Shown in pieces: positions 50,846 to 59,935 of a DNA stretch of 64,000 nt (position 1 is the stretch's first letter; each line of letters starts with the position of its first letter). The stretch comes from Spirochaetia bacterium (GTDB lineage: Bacteria > Spirochaetota > Spirochaetia > SZUA-6 > Bin103). The stretch covers positions 672,001 to 736,000 of the forward strand of contig CBDATQ010000001.1 of the NCBI GenBank assembly GCA_965199955.1. Reading direction: 5' to 3'. The notes beneath the pieces are model-generated. The model saw only the letters and a list, made by a program, of their open reading frames with translations, was not told where the DNA came from and ran no database searches. The position numbers and the translations under genes were made by a program.

Positions 50846-52052
50846 GGTCGCCGGTCGGCGCCACGGTCCGAGTCCGCACGTGGCGGAGAAAGAGCTCCCA
50901 CTTGATCACCGACTCGCGTGGCATTACGACCTCGAACACGCGGCGCCAGGAGGAGAAGTTGAGGCGGCGCTTGAGATCGACCGCCTCGGCCCTGATGTCC
51001 GCCATCGGGATCGACCACGGGGTGATGCCGCTGACGCGGAGCGCGTCTGCCGTGAGGACCAGGTGGCCGCGGCCGACGAGCAGCGGGTCCGGATCGGTGA
51101 CGTCGTAGAGCCGCACCGGCTCGCTCTTCAGCAGCTCACCGACCGGCAGCCCGCCGTCCGCCGGCAGCCACGGCTCGGGAAAGCGGCTGCGGATGCTGTC
51201 AGCGGCCGCGCGCAGGGTCATCGGCCGCCCCCCGCTCGCGGGGTGGAGCCGCGACTCGGTGTCCACACGCCACGCAGCGCCGCAGTCTCGGCAGGACGCG
51301 ATGTCGCCGCGTTCTTCGATCGCGTCCAGCCGCAGGCAGGCCGGACAAGCGAACAGCACGTTGCTGATCCCCGCGGCCAGACGCCGCCCGCGCACCGGCC
51401 AGGCCGGCCCATCCTCGGCGTCCACGCTGATGCGCTCCTCGATGTAGCGGCGGATCGACTCCAGGGAGTCGCCGGGCGCGAAGCGGCGCGGCGGGTCCGC
51501 CTCGACGTGCACGCGGCCGCGCCGCAGCGTGGCCGCCCAGCGCGGCGACTGCCGCCAACCGTTGTACACGCGGACTGTCACCACCGGCAGGTCCATCACC
51601 CGCACCAGCTTCTCGACGCCGGGCAGGATCGGCAGCGGTCGGCCGTCCCATGTTCGCTCCCCTTCCGGGAACAGCCCGATGGAACCACCCAGGTCACGCC
51701 AGCGGCGCAGTCGGAGTATCGCGCGGGGATCGGCGGTGAACTTGCGTTTCGGCACCGCGCCGAAGAACTGGTTGATCCATCCCATCCCCCCTCCCGAGAA
51801 CGCCAACTCGGTCGACAGGAAGTGGACCGCGCGGCCGACCGCCAGCGACAGGAACATCGGGTCCAGGAGGGAGGAGTGGTTGGACACGACCAGCGCCGGC
51901 TCGCGCAGCAGCTCGCGGGGGCCGAATGTGGTGCGCACGACCGGCCGGAACGCGTAGCGGACCAGCAGTCCCAGCCACTTGACCCGCGCCTCGATGCGGC
52001 GGCGGTTGCGCGGCGTGGGCTGCAGGGGAGTCAGGCGCCGCCGGATCCGCAC
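50814..52052 (-). CDS. Lysophospholipid acyltransferase family protein with Cys4 zinc-ribbon-like insert
   Basis: NHSSLLD (HX4D), FPEGERT, CPAC...CRDCG. Confidence 0.85.
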   Translation of the reverse strand: MRIRRRLTPLQPTPRNRRRIEARVKWLGLLVRYAFRPVVRTTFGPRELLREPALVVSNHSSLLDPMFLSLAVGRAVHFLSTELAFSGGGMGWINQFFGAVPKRKFTADPRAILRLRRWRDLGGSIGLFPEGERTWDGRPLPILPGVEKLVRVMDLPVVTVRVYNGWRQSPRWAATLRRGRVHVEADPPRRFAPGDSLESIRRYIEERISVDAEDGPAWPVRGRRLAAGISNVLFACPACLRLDAIEERGDIASCRDCGAAWRVDTESRLHPASGGRPMTLRAAADSIRSRFPEPWLPADGGLPVGELLKSEPVRLYDVTDPDPLLVGRGHLVLTADALRVSGITPWSIPMADIRAEAVDLKRRLNFSSWRRVFEVVMPRESVIKWELFLRHVRTRTVAPTGDLRARRRIGGG

Positions 52053-52056
52053 GGGC

Positions 52057-52743
52057 TCACCGTACGCGCGGAGCGTACTTCTGCAGGTAGGCTTCGATGC
52101 GGCCGCGTAACTCCTCGTCGATCACAGTGCGTCCGTCGACCGGTTGCCGCGACAGCACGTCGACGATCTGGCCGATGGTGGCGATCGCCGCCGTGGGCAC
52201 ATCGAACTCCTCTGGCAGCTCCTGGAGCGCGCTGCGGTCGCCGGCTCCCCGTTCCTGGCGGTCGACGGCCACCAGCAGCCCCGCGGGCCGAATCCCTGCC
52301 TCCTGCTGCAGGAGCTCCATCGCGTGCCGCTTGGATGCGCCGTCGGTGACCACGTCGTCGACGATCACCACCCGGTCGCCTGAGGCCGGGAGCCGTCCGA
52401 CCAGCAATCCGCCCTCGCCGTGATCCTTGCGCTCCTTGCGGTCGAAGCAGAAGCCGACCGGCTGCGCGCGGTCCCGGCTCAGCGCCATCGCCGCCGCCGC
52501 CGCCAGCGTGATGCCCTTGTAGGCCGGACCGAACAGCAGCGTCGCGTCTGGAAACCGGTCGGCGATGGCAGCGGCGTAGTAGCCGCCGAGCTCGCTCAGA
52601 GCTGCTCCGTCCGCGCACCCGCCGGTGTTGAAGAAGTACGGCGAAGCGCGTCCGGACTTGGTCGTGAACCGGCCGAAGCGCAGCAGGCCGGCGCGTACCG
52701 CAAACCGGGCGAAGCGTTCCCGATAGTCCGGCCCCCGCGTCAC
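52057..52743 (-). CDS. pyrE: Orotate phosphoribosyltransferase
   Basis: FGRFTTKSGRASPYFFN, LFGPAYKGI, RKERKDHGEGG, VIVDDVVT. GTG 52743 preferred as start. Confidence 0.96.
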   Translation of the reverse strand: MTRGPDYRERFARFAVRAGLLRFGRFTTKSGRASPYFFNTGGCADGAALSELGGYYAAAIADRFPDATLLFGPAYKGITLAAAAAMALSRDRAQPVGFCFDRKERKDHGEGGLLVGRLPASGDRVVIVDDVVTDGASKRHAMELLQQEAGIRPAGLLVAVDRQERGAGDRSALQELPEEFDVPTAAIATIGQIVDVLSRQPVDGRTVIDEELRGRIEAYLQKYAPRVR

Positions 52744-52750
52744 GCGCGCG

Positions 52751-52759
52751 ATCATAGCA
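52751..52759 (-). promoter_or_regulatory. Extended -10 element of pyrE
   Basis: TGcTATGAT, then 7 nt to GTG 52743. Confidence 0.55.
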
Positions 52760-53056
52760 GCAGAGTCGACCTTCCTGAGTGGCTTCCGGTCCCGGTATCA
52801 TACCTCATGAAGTCGGCGTTCTGCATCGTGATCGGCATCCTGAATCCTTCTGCTCGGTCAGCCCGGCGGCGCGTACAGCAAAGTGCGCTGCGGTTTCAGT
52901 CAGGGCTCGTACCGGAAGCGAGCGTGGCGACTTCTCGACCGGTCTGTCTGGAGTCGCCCGAGGCGGACATCGAAGGGTCTTCAGAACTTCGTGCGGGCGA
53001 GACCGTGGAAGGTGCGACCGCGGCGGCCTCCGGGTCCGATCCTGCGGAAGGACCGT

Positions 53057-53373
53057 TCATCCGTGGGGCGCGTGCCGATGCCGGTGGTGGGCATGACAGA
53101 GCAATCGGAGATTCACGGCATCGGGGCCACCGCCCAGCGAATAGGGCAGGATGTGGTCTATCTCGATCAGATGTCGTGAGTTGCAACGGCGTCCGGTCTT
53201 CCGATCGAGGTAGCTGCAGCGGCCGCCGTCCCGCTGCCGGTGCGCGCCCGGCGTGGCGGCCGGCTCGGGTCGTGGCGGTCGAGCGCCTCCTGCACGATGC
53301 GGCCGACGAGCTGCCCCACGGTCATGCGCGGGTCCACGTGCGAGAGCAACCCACGGAGCTGTTCCAGATATCC
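53057..53373 (-). pseudogene. HNH endonuclease remnant (frameshifted, 5'-truncated)
   Basis: 53236-53057 reads QRDGGRCSYLDRKTGRRCNSRHLIEIDHILPYSLGGGPDAVNLRLLCHAHHRHRHAPHG*. The upstream piece YLEQLRGLLSHVDPRMTVGQLVGRIVQEALDRHDP is in another frame. Confidence 0.8.
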
Positions 53374-53410
53374 ATCGTTGGTCGGTCCGGGACCCGCACG
53401 CGATCCGCGA

Positions 53411-53956
53411 TCAGCGGGCGCTGAAGGGGGCGCCGGGCGGCCGAACGGGCATCCGAGCTTTCGGGAACGCCGGAAGGGGGGCGTACGTGCGGTGGCGTGT
53501 CAACTCGCAGGCGCGTTCCCATCCGACGCTGTCGTAGCGCTTCCCGTGCTGGTAGTTCAGGAAAGCACGCCGGACGTACGGGATCATGTTCGGCGGTAGA
53601 TCGTCCACGGCGCGCCACGTCAACTCGTCGTGACTCTCCGGTTCAGCGTTGACGACCAAGCCCTCCCAGGTGCGAGCGGTCAGGAAGAAGGCGACCGAAA
53701 TGTACCCGTCGTCAGCCCTGCGATGGATGACTCCGACCACTTCGAGGTCCGATGGATGAACCTGAACCCCGACCTCCTCCCTGGCTTCCCTGCTCGCAGC
53801 GGCGGTAACCGGTTCGTTGGCCTCGACATGTCCGGCAACCACGCAGTAGTTCCCGTTCTCGTAGTCCGTGTTGCAGCGCCGTAGCAGCAGTACCCTGCCG
53901 TGCCGGTCCAGCAGGAACAGATGAACTTCGGGAACCAGCCTGAATCGGTCGGACAT
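53411..53956 (-). CDS. Nudix hydrolase
   Basis: Nudix box GHVEANEPVTAAASREAREEVG; RBS GGAGG before ATG 53956. Confidence 0.9.
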   Translation of the reverse strand: MSDRFRLVPEVHLFLLDRHGRVLLLRRCNTDYENGNYCVVAGHVEANEPVTAAASREAREEVGVQVHPSDLEVVGVIHRRADDGYISVAFFLTARTWEGLVVNAEPESHDELTWRAVDDLPPNMIPYVRRAFLNYQHGKRYDSVGWERACELTRHRTYAPLPAFPKARMPVRPPGAPFSAR

Positions 53957-54022
53957 GGAGCCTCCGCGTCGGTGGGTCCGATGTTCGCGGTCCGCCGGAC
54001 CACGGTCAATCGGCCCGGACGG

Positions 54023-54051
54023 TTGACGCGGCCGGCCTGCGCCGGTACAAG
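54023..54051 (+). promoter_or_regulatory. Putative promoter, leaderless spacing
   Basis: TTGACG-N17-TACAAG, then 5 nt to ATG 54057. Confidence 0.5.
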
Positions 54052-54056
54052 GAACG

Positions 54057-54917
54057 ATGCGCGCCATACGAGTCGCCTGCGGTCAATTCGAGGCCGGCAG
54101 CCTGTCCGACAACGTGGCAATCATGCGCGATCAGGCGGGTGAGGCCCGGTCGCGCGGTGCCGAGATCATCGTCTTTCCGGAGCTGGCGCTCACCGGCTAT
54201 CTGCCCGCGCCACAGGTCCTCGCCCACTGCCAGCCACTCGATGGAGACGGCGTGGAGCGTATGTGCGGCGTCGCGCGAGAGCACGGCATCGCCATCGTCT
54301 TCGGCCTGCCCGAAATCACCGGCGGCATGCGCTACAACACCATGCTCGCCGTCGACGCGACCGGCGCCATCGCCGGGGTCTATCGCAAGATCCACCTCTG
54401 GAAGACCGAGAACTGGGCGCAGCCCGGAACCTCGATCGATCCCTACGAGCTGGCCGGCGTCACCTGCGCGTCGTGGATCTGCTACGACACGCGGTTCCCG
54501 GAGATCGGCCGCGCGGCGGCGCTGGCCGGCGCCGATCTGTGCATGATCTCGACGGCGTGGCTGGGGCCGGGCGACGAGTGGGAACTTGCCGTCCGGTCGC
54601 GCGCGCTGGACAATTCCGTGTTCGTCGCCGGCTCGGACATCATCAATCCCGATCCCTCGCTGCGGACCTGTGGCCGCAGCCTGATCGTCACTCCGAAGGG
54701 TCACGTGCTGGCGCGCGCGGCCGAGGACACGCCGGGCGTCATCGTCGCCGACCTGGATCCGGAGGAGCAGCAGGCGCAGAAGGACCGCGTGCCGCTGCTT
54801 AGCGACCGGCGCATGGAGACGCTGCTCGATCCGGCGCCCGGCGCACATGACCCCGGCATGCTGCAGTCGGTGGCCGGGTCGTCGCGCCGGCCGGCGATCT
54901 GGCGGCCCGGCGCCTGA
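54057..54917 (+). CDS. Carbon-nitrogen hydrolase (nitrilase superfamily)
   Basis: Catalytic triad motifs VFPEL, YRKIHL, ICYDTRFPE; RALDN. Confidence 0.92.
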   Translation: MRAIRVACGQFEAGSLSDNVAIMRDQAGEARSRGAEIIVFPELALTGYLPAPQVLAHCQPLDGDGVERMCGVAREHGIAIVFGLPEITGGMRYNTMLAVDATGAIAGVYRKIHLWKTENWAQPGTSIDPYELAGVTCASWICYDTRFPEIGRAAALAGADLCMISTAWLGPGDEWELAVRSRALDNSVFVAGSDIINPDPSLRTCGRSLIVTPKGHVLARAAEDTPGVIVADLDPEEQQAQKDRVPLLSDRRMETLLDPAPGAHDPGMLQSVAGSSRRPAIWRPGA

Positions 54918-54929
54918 GGGCGCACGCAC

Positions 54930-55988
54930 GTGTCGGTCGGCTTCGGAATCGTCGGCACCGGTCTGATCGCCGGCATGCACGCCCAGGCGCTTGCGGGGGT
55001 GGCCTCCGCGCGGTTGGTGGCGTGCCTGTCCCGCGATGCCGAGCGCGCCGGGCAGTTCGCAAAGGAGCATGGCTGCGCGGCCTTCAGCGACCTCGACGCC
55101 TTCCTGGCGCATCCCGGCCTGGACGCGGTGAGCATCTGCACGCCGTCCGGGGCACACCTGGAGACGGCGCTGGCCGCCACCGCGGCCGGCAAGCACCTGT
55201 TCGTGGAGAAGCCGCTGGAGGTCACCCTGGAGCGTTGCCGCCGCATCGTCGACGTGGCGGACGCCGCGGGGGTGATCTGCTCCGGCGTCTTCCAGTCGCG
55301 ATCGCTGGCCGACGTGCTCCTGATCAAGCAGGCACTGGAGCAGGGACGATTCGGCGACGTCGTCGTCGGCGACGCCATCGTCAAGTGGGTGCGGCCGGCC
55401 AGCTACTACCAGGACAGTTGGCACGGAACCCGCGCGCTCGACGGCGGCGGAGCGCTGATGAACCAGTCCATCCACACCATCGACCTGCTGCAGTGGCTGC
55501 TCGGCCCCATCGAGTCGGTGCAGGCGTTCACGACGCGCCGCGCCCACGCCGGGCTGGAGGTGGAGGACACGGCGGTCGCGGCGGTCCGCTTCGCGTCCGG
55601 TGCGCTCGGCACCATCGTGGGGTCGACCGCCATCCATCCGGGCTTCGAGCGTCGCATCGAGATCGGCGGCACGGCCGGCAGTGCCGTGCTGGTCGGCGAC
55701 ACCATCGGGGAGTGGCACTTCTCGGAGGAAACCGATGAGGACCGGGCGCTCCGCGAACGCCGCGCCGACGTCGATCCGGACCGCGGCGGCGCCTCTGACC
55801 CCGCCGGCGTGGGCATCGCCGGCCATCGGCGGCAATACGAGGAGCTGACGGCGGCCATCCTGGCCGGCGAAACGCCCGACATCGACGGCCGCGCGGCGAC
55901 GGCGGCGGTCGCCATCGTCCTGGCGATCTACGAGAGCGCGCGATCCGGGCGGCCGGTTACTCCCGACGTTCCGCCGGCAGCTTCGTAA
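54930..55988 (+). CDS. Gfo/Idh/MocA family oxidoreductase
   Basis: GIVGTGLIA, ICTPSGAH, VEKP, GGGALMNQSIHTIDL. Confidence 0.92.
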   Translation: MSVGFGIVGTGLIAGMHAQALAGVASARLVACLSRDAERAGQFAKEHGCAAFSDLDAFLAHPGLDAVSICTPSGAHLETALAATAAGKHLFVEKPLEVTLERCRRIVDVADAAGVICSGVFQSRSLADVLLIKQALEQGRFGDVVVGDAIVKWVRPASYYQDSWHGTRALDGGGALMNQSIHTIDLLQWLLGPIESVQAFTTRRAHAGLEVEDTAVAAVRFASGALGTIVGSTAIHPGFERRIEIGGTAGSAVLVGDTIGEWHFSEETDEDRALRERRADVDPDRGGASDPAGVGIAGHRRQYEELTAAILAGETPDIDGRAATAAVAIVLAIYESARSGRPVTPDVPPAAS

Positions 55989-56001
55989 GCGTCCCTGACT
56001 G

Positions 56002-56034
56002 GCGGTCTGCGGTCCGTTCCTGACCGCAGACCGC
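56002..56034 (+). terminator. Hairpin downstream of the oxidoreductase
   Basis: 13-bp perfect stem GCGGTCTGCGGTC / GACCGCAGACCGC; no U-tract. Confidence 0.5.
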
Positions 56035-56061
56035 GGTCCTGCCCGCGGATCGCGTCGGAGG

Positions 56062-56090
56062 TTGTGTGTGAGGGGTTGACCGCCTACACT
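56062..56090 (+). promoter_or_regulatory. Putative promoter of the MoxR cluster
   Basis: TTGTGT-N17-TACACT, then 8 nt to ATG 56099. Confidence 0.55.
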
Positions 56091-56098
56091 CGGCCGTT

Positions 56099-57061
56099 AT
56101 GGACGTGCGCAGCTGGTCGCAGACGATCGTCGACGAAGTCGGCAAGGTGATCCTCGGCAAGGAGCAGGTGATCCGCCGGCTGCTGATCGCCCTGCTGTGC
56201 CGCGGCCACGCGTTGCTGGAGGACGTGCCCGGCGTGGGCAAGACCATCCTGGCGCGGGCGCTGTCGCTGGCGCTGGGAGGCGAGTTCCGGCGCATCCAGT
56301 GCACGCCCGACCTGTTGCCGGCCGACGTGCTGGGCGTCTCGGTCTACAACCCCAAGTCCGGAGACTTCGACTTCAAGGAAGGCCCGGTCATGACCAACAT
56401 CCTGCTGGTGGACGAGGTCAACCGCGCCACGCCGCGCACGCAGTCCGCGCTGCTGGAGGCGATGGCGGAGGGGCAGATCAGCGTCGAGGGCAAGACCACT
56501 CCGCTGCCGCAGCCGTTCTTCATGATCGCCACGGAGAACCCGGTCGAGTTCGAGGGCACGTTCAACCTGCCGGAGGCGCAGAAGGACCGCTTCTTTCTCA
56601 CGCTGCGCATGGGCTATCCCCCGCCGGAAGCGGAGGAGGAGATCATGCTGGCGCAGCGCCGGCTCACGCATCCGGTCACCGACCTCAAGCCCGCCACCGA
56701 TCTCGAGCAGGTGCTGTCACTCCAGCAGCAGATCCTGGACGTCGAGGTCGCGGACGAGGTGCAGGAGTACATCCTGACCCTGGTGGAGGCGACCCGCAGC
56801 GACAACCGGCTGAACCTTGGCGCCTCGCCGCGCGCGTCGATGGCGCTGTACAAGGGCGCGCAGGCGGTGGCGGCCATGAGCGGCCGCACGAGCGCCACGA
56901 TCGACGACGTGGTCGATTTGGCGCCGGGAGTCCTGCTGAAACGGATCAGCGTCAGGTCGGAGCATCAGCTCAAGGGTCTGGACGAGGATCTCGTGATAGA
57001 CGGCCTGCTGGACTCGACGCCACGGGAGCCGGTCGCCGTCGCAGAAGCAACCGACGGCTGA
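56099..57061 (+). CDS. MoxR family AAA+ ATPase (copy 1)
   Basis: LEDVPGVGKT, RIQCTPDLLP, DEVNRATPRTQSALLEAM, ATENP, EGTFNLPEAQKDRF, GASPR. Confidence 0.95.
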   Translation: MDVRSWSQTIVDEVGKVILGKEQVIRRLLIALLCRGHALLEDVPGVGKTILARALSLALGGEFRRIQCTPDLLPADVLGVSVYNPKSGDFDFKEGPVMTNILLVDEVNRATPRTQSALLEAMAEGQISVEGKTTPLPQPFFMIATENPVEFEGTFNLPEAQKDRFFLTLRMGYPPPEAEEEIMLAQRRLTHPVTDLKPATDLEQVLSLQQQILDVEVADEVQEYILTLVEATRSDNRLNLGASPRASMALYKGAQAVAAMSGRTSATIDDVVDLAPGVLLKRISVRSEHQLKGLDEDLVIDGLLDSTPREPVAVAEATDG

Positions 57062-57065
57062 CCCG

Positions 57066-58259
57066 GTGGCGATCAACGCCGGAGGGCGGCTGCGCTTCTT
57101 CGTAGACCTCCTGTTCCCACTGGTGCTCCTGGGGACGTTCCTGTTCGCGCCGTTCCGCCCGTTCCGCTTCGCGGTCCTGGCGCTGCTGGTGGTCCGCGGC
57201 CTGTCGCTGCTGTACGCGTACCTGGTCCCGCGGCTGGTGCAGGTGACCCGCAGCGAGACGCTCATCCACGCGCAGCGATTCCAGCGCTTCCGCGTGACGC
57301 TGGACCTGCACAACCGGGGGCCGATCCCGATTCACTACCTGACGGTGGCCGACACCTATGGCAACTTCGTGGTGCGCGGCGGCTCGTTCATGGTTGCCCT
57401 GCCCCCGGGCGGGCGCACTCAGGTGACCTACGAGGCGGAGAGCCACTACCGCGGCGAGTTCTCACTGGGCCCGGTGCGGTTGCGCGGTTCCGACCCGATG
57501 GGCTTCTTCAGTTGGGACCACCAGTCGCCGACGCCGGGCACCGTGCTGGTCTACCCGGCGGTGTTCCCGGTGGAGATGCACGAGAAGGACGGTCTGCCCT
57601 CCGGCAGCATCACGGTGTCCAGCCGCCTCTACGAGGACACGACCCGGTTCCGTTCCGTGCGCGAGTACGTGGCGGGCGACGAGTTGAAGCGGATCAACTG
57701 GAAAGTGTCGGCGCGCATGGGGAAGCTGTTCTCCACCGAGTACACGCCATCCATCTACTACCCGGTCATGATCGTGCTGAACCTCACGGAGGCCGATTAC
57801 CCGATGGGGCAGCGCGAGCACCTCATGGAACGCGCGATCGAGGTGGCCGGCAGCCTGCTGTTCTTTTTCGTCAGCCTCAAGCAGGAGGTCGGCATCATCA
57901 CTACCGGCTCGATCCGCGGCAGCGAGCAGCCTCCCTCGGAGCCCGCTCGGGCGGGGGTGGGCCATGCCATCGGCATCCTGGAGATGCTGGCCCGCGTCAC
58001 CGCCGGCAAGGAACCGATCGACTTCACCGGCCACGTGCTGGCGTGCGGGGTGCCGATTCCCACCGGCGCCAAGGTGATGGTGGTGACCCCGCCGACCACG
58101 CAGGCCCAGAACGATTCCCTGGTAGGGCTGCGCCGACGCGGACACGACGTGCAGGTGTTCGTCGTCTCCACGCACCAGACCCGTGAAGAAGACGTCGTGG
58201 TGCCCGGCATACGCTCGCACGCGGTGCGCGGCTACGGCTCGGAGCTGATCCAGCGATGA
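57066..58259 (+). CDS. DUF58 family protein
   Basis: RGEF.LGP..L..SDPMG, VLVYP, VREYVAGDELKRINWKVSAR. Confidence 0.9.
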   Translation: MAINAGGRLRFFVDLLFPLVLLGTFLFAPFRPFRFAVLALLVVRGLSLLYAYLVPRLVQVTRSETLIHAQRFQRFRVTLDLHNRGPIPIHYLTVADTYGNFVVRGGSFMVALPPGGRTQVTYEAESHYRGEFSLGPVRLRGSDPMGFFSWDHQSPTPGTVLVYPAVFPVEMHEKDGLPSGSITVSSRLYEDTTRFRSVREYVAGDELKRINWKVSARMGKLFSTEYTPSIYYPVMIVLNLTEADYPMGQREHLMERAIEVAGSLLFFFVSLKQEVGIITTGSIRGSEQPPSEPARAGVGHAIGILEMLARVTAGKEPIDFTGHVLACGVPIPTGAKVMVVTPPTTQAQNDSLVGLRRRGHDVQVFVVSTHQTREEDVVVPGIRSHAVRGYGSELIQR

Positions 58260-59863
58260 ATCCCGACCGCCTGCGCTTCTACCGGAACACCCTGCATCCG
58301 TTCCTGTCGATCGCCATCCCGTTCCTGCTGCTGCTGTCGGTGGAGACCTTCGTGCGGGCCATGGTCCTGCACGCCGTGCTGCCGCTGCCCGGCTACCTGT
58401 GGGCGGTGCTGGCGCTGGTGGGCGTGATCCAGGCGGTGGCCGCCAACCGCGCGGCCGAGGAGGGGACCTCCAGCATCGCGCCGCGCCTCCGCGAGCTGCT
58501 GCTGATTCTGATCGGAACGCTGGTGCTGTTCATGCTGGCGCAGGGCCACCTGCTGCGCCTCGACATCAATCCGGTCAAGGCCGATGTGCTGTATCCGCTG
58601 GCGCTGACCTTCGTCTACTGGATCATCGCCTTCGGCCTGCACCGCAACATGCGCGAGCGCGAGGCGTTCCTGGCGCTGGTGGTGGGGCGGGACGGCGACC
58701 AGCTCAAGACCGCGTTCCGGGACTACTCCGAGGAGGCGACCACCTCCTCCGCCCGCATGCGCGCGCTGCGCCGCGCCATCCTGTGGTTCCAGTCGCTGTC
58801 CCTGATCGCGTTCCTGATCCTGCTGATCGCGGTCGATCCGATCGACCCGTGGTGGACGGTGCTGGCGCTCGGCCACGTAGGCTTCGGGCTGGTCTTCCTG
58901 GCGATCGTCAACGGCTTCATGGAGGAGCAGCAGCATCTGGGCCAGGGGCTGCCGGTGCCGCCTGCGCTGCAACGCCGCCGCGTGCGCGCCACGGTGCTGA
59001 CGTTGCTGTTGACCGCGGTGGTGGTGATGCCGCTCACCGGCCGGGAGGCGCTGCTGCCGGCGGAGGCGATCGGCGCATTCATGGAGTGGCTGGAGGAGCG
59101 CCTGCGGCTGCCGGAGCGCGAGGTCAAGGTCAGGGTCCGCGAAGGCGGGGACACGGAGGCCTTCCAGGAGGACTTTCGGGAACCCGATCTGGGCGACCTG
59201 AGCGGTGAGCGCGAGGAGAACGACTTCCTGGAGCGGCTGGTGAGGATCGTGCTGATCTCCATCGGCGCGCTGATCCTGATCGGATTGCTCTATTTCCTGG
59301 TGCGCCCACTGCTGTCGCGCGACTACCGGGAACGGCTGCGCCAGGCGCGGCCGCTCGCCCGGCTGGCGGCCGCGGTCGGCCGCTTCTTCACGGCGTTCGC
59401 CGAGTCCGTGCGGCGCATGATCGAGGCGTTTTCCCGCTCGAGGCAGTCGCTCGCCCGGTTCGGCGAGTCGCTGGTCGAGCGCGCCCGCGAGCGCAGCGCT
59501 GCGCGGGCCGCGGCCCGCGCCCGCGATGCGGAGCTCGACAGGCAGCGCCAGCGCGCGATCGGGCAGGCGTCCAAGGCGTTCGTGAGGCTGATCCGCTGGG
59601 CCGAGCGCGGTGGCGTGCCGTTCCGGAAGTGGATGGGGCCGATGGAGTACCTGATGCTGGTGGCGGAACGCTCGACCTCCAACGCCAGAGCGCTGATGGA
59701 GATCGGCACCATCTTCGAGCAGATCGCCTACGCGGCGACCGATCCGCCGCAGGAACGGTCGCAGACCTATTACAACCTCATCAAAGAGGTGACTCGCCAA
59801 CGCATGCAGGAGCCGGTACCAAGCCGCGCACCGGACGCCTCGCTGGCTCCGGTGGCGCGGTGA
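58256..59863 (+). CDS. Polytopic membrane protein with DUF4129-like C-terminus
   Basis: Multiple TM helices; C-terminal GVP....GPMEY...IFEQIAY pattern; lies in the MoxR/DUF58 operon. Confidence 0.65.
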   Translation: MNPDRLRFYRNTLHPFLSIAIPFLLLLSVETFVRAMVLHAVLPLPGYLWAVLALVGVIQAVAANRAAEEGTSSIAPRLRELLLILIGTLVLFMLAQGHLLRLDINPVKADVLYPLALTFVYWIIAFGLHRNMREREAFLALVVGRDGDQLKTAFRDYSEEATTSSARMRALRRAILWFQSLSLIAFLILLIAVDPIDPWWTVLALGHVGFGLVFLAIVNGFMEEQQHLGQGLPVPPALQRRRVRATVLTLLLTAVVVMPLTGREALLPAEAIGAFMEWLEERLRLPEREVKVRVREGGDTEAFQEDFREPDLGDLSGEREENDFLERLVRIVLISIGALILIGLLYFLVRPLLSRDYRERLRQARPLARLAAAVGRFFTAFAESVRRMIEAFSRSRQSLARFGESLVERARERSAARAAARARDAELDRQRQRAIGQASKAFVRLIRWAERGGVPFRKWMGPMEYLMLVAERSTSNARALMEIGTIFEQIAYAATDPPQERSQTYYNLIKEVTRQRMQEPVPSRAPDASLAPVAR

Positions 59864-59935
59864 CTCAGGCGACGCCCGAAGGATTCGGCGGCGGCGTGAA
59901 CGGCGTGCTCTTGGCGGACAGAGAGGAGTGATTCG

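Noticed and set aside
52752..52838. 28-aa minus-strand ORF (MPITMQNADF...) upstream of pyrE as an attenuator leader peptide
   Set aside because: No terminator hairpin with a U-tract, and pyrE has its own extended -10; more likely chance or a gene fragment.
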